Translations under genes and position numbers: made by a program
Shown here: positions 1-9,282 of the stretch, piece after piece
Layout: each line of letters begins with the position of its first letter
How positions within the stretch are numbered: the first letter of the stretch is position 1
The notes under the pieces: model-generated
Database searches by the model: none
What the model was told of the DNA's origin: nothing
What the model saw: the letters and a program-made list of their open reading frames with translations, nothing else
From: Acidobacteriota bacterium
Lineage (GTDB): Bacteria; Acidobacteriota; UBA6911; RPQK01; JAJDTT01
Assembly (NCBI GenBank): GCA_965263035.1
Contig: OZ253580.1
Coordinates: 5,120,001 to 5,184,000 of the forward strand
Direction: 5' to 3'
DNA length: 64,000 nucleotides

Positions 1-640
1 GTCGCTGGGCTCGAACCGCCGAGATGTAATCGGGCGGCCTCAGGTCCCGGACCCGGAACGAAGGATCGGAAGGGTCGGAGTCGATGACGAAGGGCTCGTG
101 GGTCTTGCCCAGAAAGCCGGGCCCCTGGCCCTTGTCGGGCTTGAAGGGAAGCAGGACGTGCGCGGGCAGGTCACCTCGGGCTCCCTTGAGCTTGTCGATG
201 ACACAACCCAAGTGCGGGTACTGGATTCCAGGCAGGGGAGGATGTCCGGTCTGCATCCAGGTCTTGGCCTGGGGATGGGCCGGATTGGTGTGGTAGTAGG
301 AGCGGATCAACGCGAATTTATCCGCATGACGAGCCATTCGGGGAAACAGCTCGGTGACCCGGATCCCGGCCACGTTGGTGGCCATGGGCTTGTAGGGTCC
401 CCGAATCTCGGCCGGAGCATCCGGCTTCGGGTCCCAGGTGTCCATTTGGGGCGCGCCCCCTTCCAGGAACAGAAGAATGCAGTTCACGTCCTTGTCGGGA
501 GTGGTCCGGCCTGCCGCTCTCAGCTCCAGGAAACCGGGTAGGGTGAGACCCAGGAAGGCCAGGGAGCCGGCATGAAGGAAGTCCCGGCGGTGAACTTCCT
601 GGCAGAGATGAGGAGTTGAGGGGCCATCGAGTCGAAGCAT
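1..640 (-). CDS. DUF1501 domain protein with Tat-like signal (runs off the window start)
   Basis: Manual translation of the minus strand from ATG at 640: MLRLDGPSTPHLCQEVHRRDFLHAG...ILLFLEGGP.QMDTWDPKPDAPAEIRGPYKP, typical of DUF1501. Not in the ORF track because it has no stop within the window. Confidence 0.8.
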   Translation of the reverse strand, partial: MLRLDGPSTPHLCQEVHRRDFLHAGSLAFLGLTLPGFLELRAAGRTTPDKDVNCILLFLEGGAPQMDTWDPKPDAPAEIRGPYKPMATNVAGIRVTELFPRMARHADKFALIRSYYHTNPAHPQAKTWMQTGHPPLPGIQYPHLGCVIDKLKGARGDLPAHVLLPFKPDKGQGPGFLGKTHEPFVIDSDPSDPSFRVRDLRPPDYISAVRAQR

Positions 641-871
641 CGTTCCGACTTCCAAGTTTAGACTTTAATCCTTCCCGGTGGAAGTCGCCGGAGCGGCGGT
701 TTCTAACCGCCGAACTCCGGACGAAGCATGGGGAGCGGGCGCACGGGGGAAAGGAGGAATCGGCGACTGGAGATCGCCCCGCCACGTCGCCCCGGCATGT
801 TCTTTGGAAACCGCCATGGAACGGAGCAGGCCCAGAGTCCCCATGCTATGATCCCCGCCGGGAGTGACGGC

Positions 872-2374
872 ATGAAAATGAAATCCAGTTTCTGCCTGGC
901 AATTTTCCTTGGGGGCGTCCTGTTGCCGGGAGTCACCTGCGCTCCGGGTCCTGAAGCGGACCCTCCCATCCGGCTGGACGATCGAGTCCAACTGTTCGTC
1001 GATGACCTGCTCATCGAACGGATGGACCGGGTCTGGCGAAGTTTGGGCCGGGGAGGAAAGGTAGCCGGGAACCCCCTGATCCGGCCAGACCGGCCCTGGG
1101 AGGGTTACCTGATCCTTCAACCGGGGAGCGTGATCTACGATCCGGAAAAGGAAATTTTCCAGATGTGGTACAACACGCTGCCCCGAACCGGCGACGCCGA
1201 CATCGAGCAGTTCGTCTGTTATGCCACCTCCAAGGACGGGATCCGGTGGGAGAAGCCGGAGTTGAATCACATGGAGTTCCGCGGCTCCAAGGCCAACAAC
1301 ATCGTCCTGCGCTGGAACAACTGGAACCATTCGGTGATCCGGGATCCGGAGGACCCGGACCCCGACCGCCGGTACAAGATGGGCTATTGGCAGACCAGGG
1401 ATCGGGAACGCTGCGGTATCTGGGCCGCCTTCTCACCTGACGGCATCCGCTGGACCGACTACGAAAAGAACCCGGTGGTGCCCTGCTGGGCAACGGGAGA
1501 CACGTTCGCGGTGATGAGGGATCCCGTCTCCCGGCAGTATTGGCTCTATCACAAGACCAATCCCGGAGGTCCCAGAAAGGTGTCGCGGCTGGTCAGCGAC
1601 GACTTCATTCATTGGACCGATGATCGCCTGGTCCTGGAGCCGGACATCCACGACCGTCCCGGGACCGAGTTCTACGGACTCTCGGCCTTCCCCTACGGCA
1701 GCCAGACCCTGGGATTGCTCTGGGTCTTTCATACCAACATTCAGACCATGGACGTCCAACTGGTCTCCAGCCGGGACGGCGTCGAGTGGGACCGTAGCGT
1801 GTACCGGCGGCCCCTGATCTACCTGGGCTACCAGAGAAACGAGTATTCGGGAAAGAGCTTCGACAGCGGGATGATCTGGCCCATTACGGCTCCCGTGGTC
1901 AAGGATGGACAGGTCTGGATCTACTACTCCGGATTCGACAATCTTCACAACGCCCCGTCGGCGGATCACACCGGGGAGATCGGATTGGCCCGCTTGCGGC
2001 AGGACGGCTTCGTCTCCGTCGACGCCACCGCCGAGGGCTTGGTCCTGACCCGGCCCCTGCAGTTCTCGGGGAGCACGCTCCAGGTCAACGCCCGTCTTCT
2101 GAAGAGGGAGGGGGACGCGTCGACGGCGCCGGGAGAAGTGACCTTCAACGACAGCCCGAACCAGGAGGGGTACCTGAAGGTGGAGGTCCAGGACATCGCG
2201 GGCAACGCCATTCCCGGTTATGAAGCCGACAGTTCCAGTCTGGCCCCCGCAGAGGGGGTCTACTCCAAGGTCTCCTGGGAGGGAAAGGAGAGCCTGGAGG
2301 AGCTTCAGGATCGGCCGGTTCGATTGAAGTTCATTCTGAGCCGAACCCGCCTATATTCCTTCCTGATCAACTGA
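872..2374 (+). CDS. Secreted five-bladed beta-propeller glycoside hydrolase-like protein (GH32/GH43/GH130-like)
   Basis: Signal peptide MKMKSSFCLA; motifs QLFVDD, DRPWEG, CYATSKDGIRWEKP, LRQDGF; C-terminal VRLKF..LYSF. Confidence 0.7.
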   Translation: MKMKSSFCLAIFLGGVLLPGVTCAPGPEADPPIRLDDRVQLFVDDLLIERMDRVWRSLGRGGKVAGNPLIRPDRPWEGYLILQPGSVIYDPEKEIFQMWYNTLPRTGDADIEQFVCYATSKDGIRWEKPELNHMEFRGSKANNIVLRWNNWNHSVIRDPEDPDPDRRYKMGYWQTRDRERCGIWAAFSPDGIRWTDYEKNPVVPCWATGDTFAVMRDPVSRQYWLYHKTNPGGPRKVSRLVSDDFIHWTDDRLVLEPDIHDRPGTEFYGLSAFPYGSQTLGLLWVFHTNIQTMDVQLVSSRDGVEWDRSVYRRPLIYLGYQRNEYSGKSFDSGMIWPITAPVVKDGQVWIYYSGFDNLHNAPSADHTGEIGLARLRQDGFVSVDATAEGLVLTRPLQFSGSTLQVNARLLKREGDASTAPGEVTFNDSPNQEGYLKVEVQDIAGNAIPGYEADSSSLAPAEGVYSKVSWEGKESLEELQDRPVRLKFILSRTRLYSFLIN

Positions 2375-2609
2375 ATCGATCCTTTATCCTGTAGCGAAGA
2401 GTTGTCCCGACTCCGGTCCTGACGGTACCTGTCCGGTCCGCTGTCAGGGGAATCGGTTCAGTCGCTGAAGCAGGCCGGGATCGACCGGAACTTCGTCTTC
2501 AGCAGCAGTCCCAGCAAATTCCAAGCGCCGTTTTTCGGTTCTCATACCGGACTGTCGCCGGATGTGAGACATTGGAATCACGTTGCTGGTGTCGAAGAAG
2601 CATCCTTCC

Positions 2610-5015
2610 ATGGCGTTCCGGATCTTGCGATCCCTGACCTTGGTTCTGGGATTCACCCAGACCTGGGTCGGCGCGCGGGCGACTGATCACGCGTACACGG
2701 TGGACCTTCGCATCACCTCGCCCCTCCCGTTCGCCCAGATTCCCGTCGACCCCTGGATCGACTTCGCCTCCTTGGCCACGGAGGCCGGAGTCAAGGGTGT
2801 TCTGGATCCCAACTCGATCCAGGTTCTGGATGCGGTGTCGGACAGTCCCCTGCCGCACGCCCTGAGCCGCCACTTCCACCACGGCCAACAGGGAAGGGTC
2901 CAGTGGGTGGTGGCGGATCCGGAGCGGAGAAACTATCGGATCCGCTTTCGGATGGGAGCCGTCCGGCCGCCGCTGGATCCTCGTCCAAACGTCCCCATGA
3001 TCGGCACCGGCGAGCTGCTTCGCTACAACGCGGGGGAGCCGAAACCCATATCTCTTCCCATCCTGGGCGCCCTCGTGGACCTGACGGGAGACGGAAAGCG
3101 GGATCTTGTGGGAACGGTCATCTACACTTATTCGCCTGATCGTCCGCCTGGAGGAATCGTCTGCTACCCCCGGGTCGGTGGCACCGGCGAGTTCCGGTTC
3201 GGGGACCCCGTGGCGATCCGATACCTGGAGGCGTCCGGCGCTTCGGAACCGCGGCATCTGCGGGCCGGCTACCTCCACCTGGACGCGGGAGACCTCAACG
3301 GCGACGGCCTGGTCGACCTGGTCTATGCCTCGCCCGCCGACGGCTCGCACCAGAATCCCCGCAGCGCCGGAGATTGGATCGTCTTCCTTCTCAACACCGG
3401 CCGACGAGACGACGGAGGACTTCCCATCTTCCGGGACCACGGCCGAATCTCCCGTCCCCGGGACTGGTGGGGGCCGGTGAGAATCGTGGACCTGGACCGG
3501 GACGGTGTTCTCGACCTGGTGGTGGGGTCCATGTTTCGAGGCAACCGAATTCCCCCCGACGGCCGCGGGTACTTCATTCGGAATACCAATCCCGGAGGCT
3601 GGCCGTTTCAGCCTGCACCTCCCGCTCGAATCGATCCGGGAGTGAGAGCCAGCTTTGTTGACCTGGACAGTGATGGTCTCCCGGACAGTATTTGCCTGGT
3701 TCATGACCCCGAGTCCGAGAGGAAGAAGTATTTCAAACGGGTGGCCTGGCGCCGGAACCTGGGTGGGACGGTTCCCCGCTTCGGTCCGCCCCGCCTGCTG
3801 GAACAGATCGACGTTCGGGCTGCCTTCTTCACCGCGTCCGTGCCCTCGGGTCCGCGCCGGGGATTGCTGGTGGCCTACGATCACTTCCGAAAGTTGGCTT
3901 TCTTCGAGCAGGTTCGAAGCGGTCCCGAAAAGGAACCGGCTTTCCGCCGCCAGGAGGCGCTGTCGCTTTCCGCTCACGCGATCCTGGGAGAGCAGTCCAC
4001 CCCCTATCCCTGCGACTGGGACGGAGACGGGGACTGGGACCTGCTGGCCGGCGACGGATTCGGCTTCGTCCGCGTCCTCATCAATGAGGGCTCCGGCACT
4101 CAACCCGTCTTTCTCCGGGAGCAACCGGTCCGATCCCAGGGGGAGCCCATCCGCCTCTTCATGAGCCAGGTCTTTCCCGGCCTGGAGGAATACGGCCACA
4201 ACATGGGGTACACGCACCCGGTCTACGTCGATTGGGACGGAGACCAACTGCCGGACCTGATGCTGCCCAACCTCACCAACCGGATCTACTGGTACCGGAA
4301 CGTCGGCACCCGGAGCCGGCCCCGGTTCGGGCCGAGACTCCAGGTCCTCTGCGAGGGCTATCCCGACGGAAAGGATCTCTTGGCCGCGACCGCCAAGCTC
4401 CTGGGCGCCGGCACCGGACAGTGGAAGAAGCGGGTTCCCAACCGTCACCAGCCGTTCCGCTGGAGGGCCCGGGCCGCCTTCGCCGATCTGGACGGGAACG
4501 GTCTCACCGATCTGTTCACCGCTGCCGCCGTCACCCGGGAGGCCCACCTGTTCCGGAGGTTCCAGGACCGGGAGGGTTCGCTTCTGCTCCGGGACGACGG
4601 ACCCTTTCGACTCCCCGATGGGGACACCATCCAGGGGGTCGATTTCCAGCCGACCCAGTTCTTCCTGGTGGACTGGAACGGGGACGGCCTGCTGGACCTC
4701 TTCTTCAATGAATGCCGGCGCAAGTCGGGTGAGTGGGATCATAATCCGACCCGGCCTCTCATCTATCCCAACGTCGGCACCCGGACCGAACCGCGCTTCG
4801 GCCGGCCTCAGGTTCTGGCCCTCTTCGGAAAACCGTTGGAAGGGCTTGGCTCACACGGTCCCTACTACGGCTTTCGGGACCTGGACGGAGACGGCAAACC
4901 CGACATCCTGGCCTCTCCCGAAATGGGGACCTATTTTTTCTACCGGCACACGGCGCTGGAACTGGACGCCCGTCCGAACGTCCGATTGGGCCGGGCTGTC
5001 GTATTGGACCGTTGA
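2610..5015 (+). CDS. FG-GAP/VCBS repeat protein
   Basis: Many DxxGDGxxD repeats (DLTGDGKRD, DLNGDGLVD, DWDGDGDWD, DWNGDGLLD); signal peptide. Confidence 0.8.
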   Translation: MAFRILRSLTLVLGFTQTWVGARATDHAYTVDLRITSPLPFAQIPVDPWIDFASLATEAGVKGVLDPNSIQVLDAVSDSPLPHALSRHFHHGQQGRVQWVVADPERRNYRIRFRMGAVRPPLDPRPNVPMIGTGELLRYNAGEPKPISLPILGALVDLTGDGKRDLVGTVIYTYSPDRPPGGIVCYPRVGGTGEFRFGDPVAIRYLEASGASEPRHLRAGYLHLDAGDLNGDGLVDLVYASPADGSHQNPRSAGDWIVFLLNTGRRDDGGLPIFRDHGRISRPRDWWGPVRIVDLDRDGVLDLVVGSMFRGNRIPPDGRGYFIRNTNPGGWPFQPAPPARIDPGVRASFVDLDSDGLPDSICLVHDPESERKKYFKRVAWRRNLGGTVPRFGPPRLLEQIDVRAAFFTASVPSGPRRGLLVAYDHFRKLAFFEQVRSGPEKEPAFRRQEALSLSAHAILGEQSTPYPCDWDGDGDWDLLAGDGFGFVRVLINEGSGTQPVFLREQPVRSQGEPIRLFMSQVFPGLEEYGHNMGYTHPVYVDWDGDQLPDLMLPNLTNRIYWYRNVGTRSRPRFGPRLQVLCEGYPDGKDLLAATAKLLGAGTGQWKKRVPNRHQPFRWRARAAFADLDGNGLTDLFTAAAVTREAHLFRRFQDREGSLLLRDDGPFRLPDGDTIQGVDFQPTQFFLVDWNGDGLLDLFFNECRRKSGEWDHNPTRPLIYPNVGTRTEPRFGRPQVLALFGKPLEGLGSHGPYYGFRDLDGDGKPDILASPEMGTYFFYRHTALELDARPNVRLGRAVVLDR

Positions 5016-5021
5016 AAAGGT

Positions 5022-6704
5022 ATGCGCGTTCCTGAGAAACACCCACTTGAGTCCCGGAAGCCGATCGTCACAGCAAGCAGGGTTCTCCGGACACTACTGT
5101 GGGTCATTCTCAGCGGCTCGTTGGGCTGGGCCTCGACTCCGCCCCGTCCCAACATCATCCTGATCATGGCGGACGATCTGGGCTACTCGGACCTGGGTTG
5201 CTACGGAAGCGAGATCCGAACCCCGAATCTGGACCATCTGGCTCGCAACGGGCTTCGCTTTTCCCAGTTCTACAACAACGCCATCTGTCCCGCGAGCCGG
5301 GCGTCGCTGCTCAGCGGACTCTACTCCCAGCAAGTGGGAAGCAGCCGATTCCTGGGATGCGTCACCTTGGCGGAAGGGCTCCGGGCCGCCGGGTACCGGA
5401 CCCTCATGTCGGGCAAGTGGCACTTGGACGGCCACCCCTTGAAACGGGGTTTCGAGCGTTACTATGGACTCCTGACGGGGACCTGCAACCACTTCAATCC
5501 GGGTCGGCGCAGACCGGGAGAGCCGGAACCGGGCAAGAAATTCCCCGACGACGATCAACCCTTTTCTGTCGACGGGAAGGTGATCCGCCCCTACACGCCG
5601 GAAGATCGCCGCTTCTACAGCACCGACGCCTTCACCGATCGCGCCATCCGCTACCTGGAGCAGTACGGCCGGGAGGACCGCCCCTTCTTCCTCTATCTCG
5701 CCTATACCGTGCCCCACTACCCACTCCATGCCTGGCCTGAAGACATCGTCCGCTACCGGGGCCGATTCATGGCCGGTTGGGATGCTCTCCGCCGGGAACG
5801 CCACCGGCGTCTGGTCCGGGAGGGGCTGATCTCGGAGCAATCCGAACTTTCCGTGCGCAGTTCCCACTCCCCCGCCTGGGACGAAGTGGCGGACAAACAG
5901 GCCTGGGATCTCAAGATGGCGGTCTATGCCGCCATGGTGGACCGCATGGACCAGAACATCGGCCGCCTTCTGGAGACCGTACGTGCACTGGGCAAGGAGA
6001 GCAACACCCTGGTTCTGTTCCTGTCCGACAACGGTGCCAGCGACGAGGACCGCACCCGGACCCCCGACCTGCCGCCCGGTCCGGTGGAATCCTACCGATC
6101 GGTGGATCTTCCCTGGGCCAATCTCAGCAACACGCCATTTCGCCAATTCAAGCGATGGAATCACGAAGGGGGCATCGCCACGCCCCTGGTGGCCTACTGG
6201 CCCCGGGGCATCGCGCAGCCGGGAAGGGTCAGTTCGGAGGTCGGCCACCTCATCGACATCATGGCCACCTGTCTGGAGGTTGCGGGAGCCGACTATCCGT
6301 CGGAGGTCAACGGGATGAAGATCCCGCCGCTCGAGGGCCGGAGCCTGCTTCCCATCTTCCGGGGAAAAACCCGCGCGGGCCATGAGACGCTCTTCTGGAA
6401 TCAGCGTGGCCTCTGGCGGGCGGTCCGGCAGGGAAGGTGGAAACTGGTCTCTCCCGATCATTGGATTCGCTACGAGCCCTGGCGGCAGGCGGGGTCGGAC
6501 AAGACGGTCCCACCAACCCCGGGGGATCGGGAAGAACTGTGGCAACTCTACGACATGGATTCCGACCGCACCGAGGAGCGAGACCTCTCGTCCCGCTATC
6601 CGGACCGCGTGAAGGCAATGGGCCGTCTCTATAAAGCGTGGAATCAGAGGGTTTCGGAGGACTGGGAATCGGCCCTGGAAGGAGAAGTGAGAGTTGAGAA
6701 GTAA
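5022..6704 (+). CDS. Arylsulfatase (formylglycine-dependent sulfatase)
   Basis: PNIILIMADDLG, CPASRASLLSG (CxAxR variant of CxPxR), GKWHL, FLSDNG. Confidence 0.9.
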   Translation: MRVPEKHPLESRKPIVTASRVLRTLLWVILSGSLGWASTPPRPNIILIMADDLGYSDLGCYGSEIRTPNLDHLARNGLRFSQFYNNAICPASRASLLSGLYSQQVGSSRFLGCVTLAEGLRAAGYRTLMSGKWHLDGHPLKRGFERYYGLLTGTCNHFNPGRRRPGEPEPGKKFPDDDQPFSVDGKVIRPYTPEDRRFYSTDAFTDRAIRYLEQYGREDRPFFLYLAYTVPHYPLHAWPEDIVRYRGRFMAGWDALRRERHRRLVREGLISEQSELSVRSSHSPAWDEVADKQAWDLKMAVYAAMVDRMDQNIGRLLETVRALGKESNTLVLFLSDNGASDEDRTRTPDLPPGPVESYRSVDLPWANLSNTPFRQFKRWNHEGGIATPLVAYWPRGIAQPGRVSSEVGHLIDIMATCLEVAGADYPSEVNGMKIPPLEGRSLLPIFRGKTRAGHETLFWNQRGLWRAVRQGRWKLVSPDHWIRYEPWRQAGSDKTVPPTPGDREELWQLYDMDSDRTEERDLSSRYPDRVKAMGRLYKAWNQRVSEDWESALEGEVRVEK

Positions 6705-6746
6705 GAAGCTCCGATCTCATTTTTAGGAATTTGTCCCACACGACCC

Positions 6747-6778
6747 GTAGCGGTGACCCTTGTGGGTGCCCTCTTCCG
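6747..6778 (+). repeat. GTAG-type REP-like palindrome
   Basis: GTAGCGGTGACCCTTGTGGGTGCCCTCTTCCG; a related copy lies on the minus strand at 46305-46359. Confidence 0.55.
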
Positions 6779-6912
6779 TCCAATACAGGGCAAGATGCGA
6801 CCAATATGAAGATTCGGGGACTGGAAAGCCCCCGCTCCGGGGGAGAACTTTTGGTTCCGGCTACACCGGGTTGGGAATTTGGAATTGGTGTTTTCTCCCA
6901 GATGGGAGGGGT

Positions 6913-8757
6913 ATGTATCAAGCGTTGTTAAGTCTTTACGGAATATCTACTGAGAACGTTTCGAGATTCCTGACCGGAACGATCTGCCATCTTGTGTCCG
7001 TCCTCACGCTGGGGACCTGCCTGTTCGCCGGGATCCAGCTCGAACCCGAAGCGCCTCGATGGGGTCAAGACTTTTTCGTACGGATCACTCCGGAATTCCC
7101 CCGGGGGCGCCTTTATCCAGACGATCGCGTGTTCGTCAACTTGTCGACTTGGCATCAAGATGTCCTCTCCACCGTCAACGAGAAGGCCGTTTGGGACGGA
7201 GAGGCTTTCGTCGCTCGGCTGACGTTACCTGATAACTGCGAATGGGCCTCAATCAGGATCCGGACACCGGAAAGGTTTTTTCGTGGCATGGGTTTTGCGC
7301 CTCGAACGGATGCCGGTGAAATGCTGCCCGGAACCCGGGTCATGGCGTCATGCAGACTGCGTACGGACCTCTCGGCGTGTAACGAGGCCATCGACCGTGC
7401 ACTCACTGAGAACCCGGATCTGTGGTGGATCTACCCGAAGGTCTGGGGGCTGAGAGAAAGGATCTTGAAGAATCTCGACAGCAATGAAGTCATTTCGCAG
7501 CTCCGCAGGATGGAGTCGCACCAGAAGAGGCCATCACTGCTTCGGACCCTGGCTGTCGGTTATTGGCTCGCAAAGCGGTCCGACCGCGCGTTTGAGAGTT
7601 TGACCGAACTCTGCACTCGGTTTCCTGGGTCGAGATACTCCGTCCAAGCGCTGAACGAAGCCATTTACTGGATTTCGACTCAGGGTTTGGACCCATTGAG
7701 CGCTCCGTTGGAGAAACTGCAGGCGAAGGTCGTAGACGAGGCGCCGACGAATCCACGTCTGTGGAAGGACAGGAGATCCGTCCTCTGGCTCCGGAGTAAT
7801 TCAAGAGTGAGCCTGGACGCCATGCGCAGCTTGTTCGAAGCCTGGGTCGAAGAGGACCCGGTCGATCCCCATCCGTATTTGCTGCTGGCGAACGCTCTGT
7901 CCAGGGAGGGGACCTCGGACGAAGAAGCCGGTCGACTCATCGACCGGTCCCTTGATCTCTATTACACGCCGCGAGCCTTTGTTGCCGACAAGCACCTGCG
8001 GGATCTGGCCTACAGGGTTCGTGCCCGGCTTCGGCTCCGGAACGGGGATGCCGAAGGGGCACTGGCCGACATCGAGATGGCTCGAGCAGACGGACAAGGC
8101 CGATCGGCGGAGACCCTCGAAATCGAGGCGGCAATCTGGAAAAGCATTGGCCATCTCCGTCGGGCCGAAGAGATCCTCGTGGACGCCTACCGAATGGGAT
8201 CCGCGACGGCCGAGGAGCTGTTGAAGAACGCCTACGTGGCCCGCACGGGCGACAAACACGGTTTTAAAGATTACGTCATGACGCGGTTGACCCGGAACAT
8301 GCCGGAACCGGAATCCGCTCCGGAGATCGAAGGGACGACCCTGGACGGCATCGCACTGACTTCCAAATCACTGAAGGGGAAGCCAGTGGTCGTAAATTTC
8401 TGGTTCACCAGTTGCGGCCCCTGTATCAAGGAAATCCCCGAGCTGAACGACTTGGCGGACGAGTTTGCGGGGAAGGCCAGATTCCTGGCCTTCGCCACGG
8501 ATGACCAGGAACCGATCAAGGAGTTCCTGAAGGGCCGGGAGTTCCGGTACGAGATCGTTCCATCCTCCAGCCGCCTGGCACGGGCGTTCGGAGTAGAGGC
8601 CTACCCGAGCCACTACATCATCGACGGCGAAGGCAACATCGTCTGGAGCGCCCTTGGAGCCGCCCCGAAAACCGTCGAGATCCTGGGAGACATTCTACAG
8701 AGACTGTTTAGGGGAAAGCCGATTCCGGTGAAAGGTCCCAGACAACGGCGAGGGTAG
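6913..8757 (+). CDS. TPR-like helical protein with C-terminal TlpA/redoxin domain
   Basis: VVVNFWFTSCGPCIKEIPELN and YPSHYIID; start chosen at the ATG after a GGAGGG RBS. Confidence 0.75.
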   Translation: MYQALLSLYGISTENVSRFLTGTICHLVSVLTLGTCLFAGIQLEPEAPRWGQDFFVRITPEFPRGRLYPDDRVFVNLSTWHQDVLSTVNEKAVWDGEAFVARLTLPDNCEWASIRIRTPERFFRGMGFAPRTDAGEMLPGTRVMASCRLRTDLSACNEAIDRALTENPDLWWIYPKVWGLRERILKNLDSNEVISQLRRMESHQKRPSLLRTLAVGYWLAKRSDRAFESLTELCTRFPGSRYSVQALNEAIYWISTQGLDPLSAPLEKLQAKVVDEAPTNPRLWKDRRSVLWLRSNSRVSLDAMRSLFEAWVEEDPVDPHPYLLLANALSREGTSDEEAGRLIDRSLDLYYTPRAFVADKHLRDLAYRVRARLRLRNGDAEGALADIEMARADGQGRSAETLEIEAAIWKSIGHLRRAEEILVDAYRMGSATAEELLKNAYVARTGDKHGFKDYVMTRLTRNMPEPESAPEIEGTTLDGIALTSKSLKGKPVVVNFWFTSCGPCIKEIPELNDLADEFAGKARFLAFATDDQEPIKEFLKGREFRYEIVPSSSRLARAFGVEAYPSHYIIDGEGNIVWSALGAAPKTVEILGDILQRLFRGKPIPVKGPRQRRG

Positions 8758-8875
8758 TCCGTCGGCGCCACCGCAGTATCGAAGCAGAGGGTTTCGAAGA
8801 GCGGATATCTGGGCAGCGATCCAGCTATAGATTCCCCAGGGCATTCCCGAAGTGATTTCCAGAATTATTTTTTTG

Positions 8876-8910
8876 TTGAACTAAGGTAACTAACGTACTA
8901 ATCTATACGT
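8876..8910 (+). promoter_or_regulatory. Putative leaderless sigma70 promoter with overlapping operator for the blaI-like gene
   Basis: TTGAAC-N17-TAATCT, then 6 nt to the ATG; no RBS; ACGTA-N8-TACGT palindrome over the -10 box. Confidence 0.45.
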
Positions 8911-9282
8911 ATGTCGAAATCCTTAAGTCGACAGGAACTGGAAATCATGAAACTGATCTGGCGTCTGGGCAGGGACGAGATCACCGTCCGCGACGTCTAT
9001 GAGGAACTGCGCCTGCGGCGCCGGATCGCGTACACGTCGGTCATGGGCACGATGCAGAACCTGGATCGAAAGGGATTCCTCCGGAAGTGGAAAGAGGGCC
9101 GGGCTCACATCTACCAGCCCACTCGTCCCCGGGAAGAGATCATCCGGGAGGTGGTGGCGGATCTGGTAGAGCGGGTATTCGGCGGGTCCAGCGAGGCGCT
9201 GATGCTGCATCTGGTCCAACGCCACGACATTTCCAGGGACAAGCTCCGGGAACTGGAAGAGATGATCGAGGAGGAGGAATGA
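8911..9282 (+). CDS. BlaI/MecI/CopY family repressor
   Basis: LSRQELEIMKLIW, TVRDV, AYTSV, L.RKG; overlaps the downstream M56 gene (ATGA). Confidence 0.9.
   Translation: MSKSLSRQELEIMKLIWRLGRDEITVRDVYEELRLRRRIAYTSVMGTMQNLDRKGFLRKWKEGRAHIYQPTRPREEIIREVVADLVERVFGGSSEALMLHLVQRHDISRDKLRELEEMIEEEE

Noticed and set aside
2499-4742. Long antisense or alternative-frame ORFs (also 5094-6545, 25397-26935, 37624-39498, 46589-48262)
   Set aside because: Shadows of well-supported genes in GC-rich DNA; no motifs of their own.
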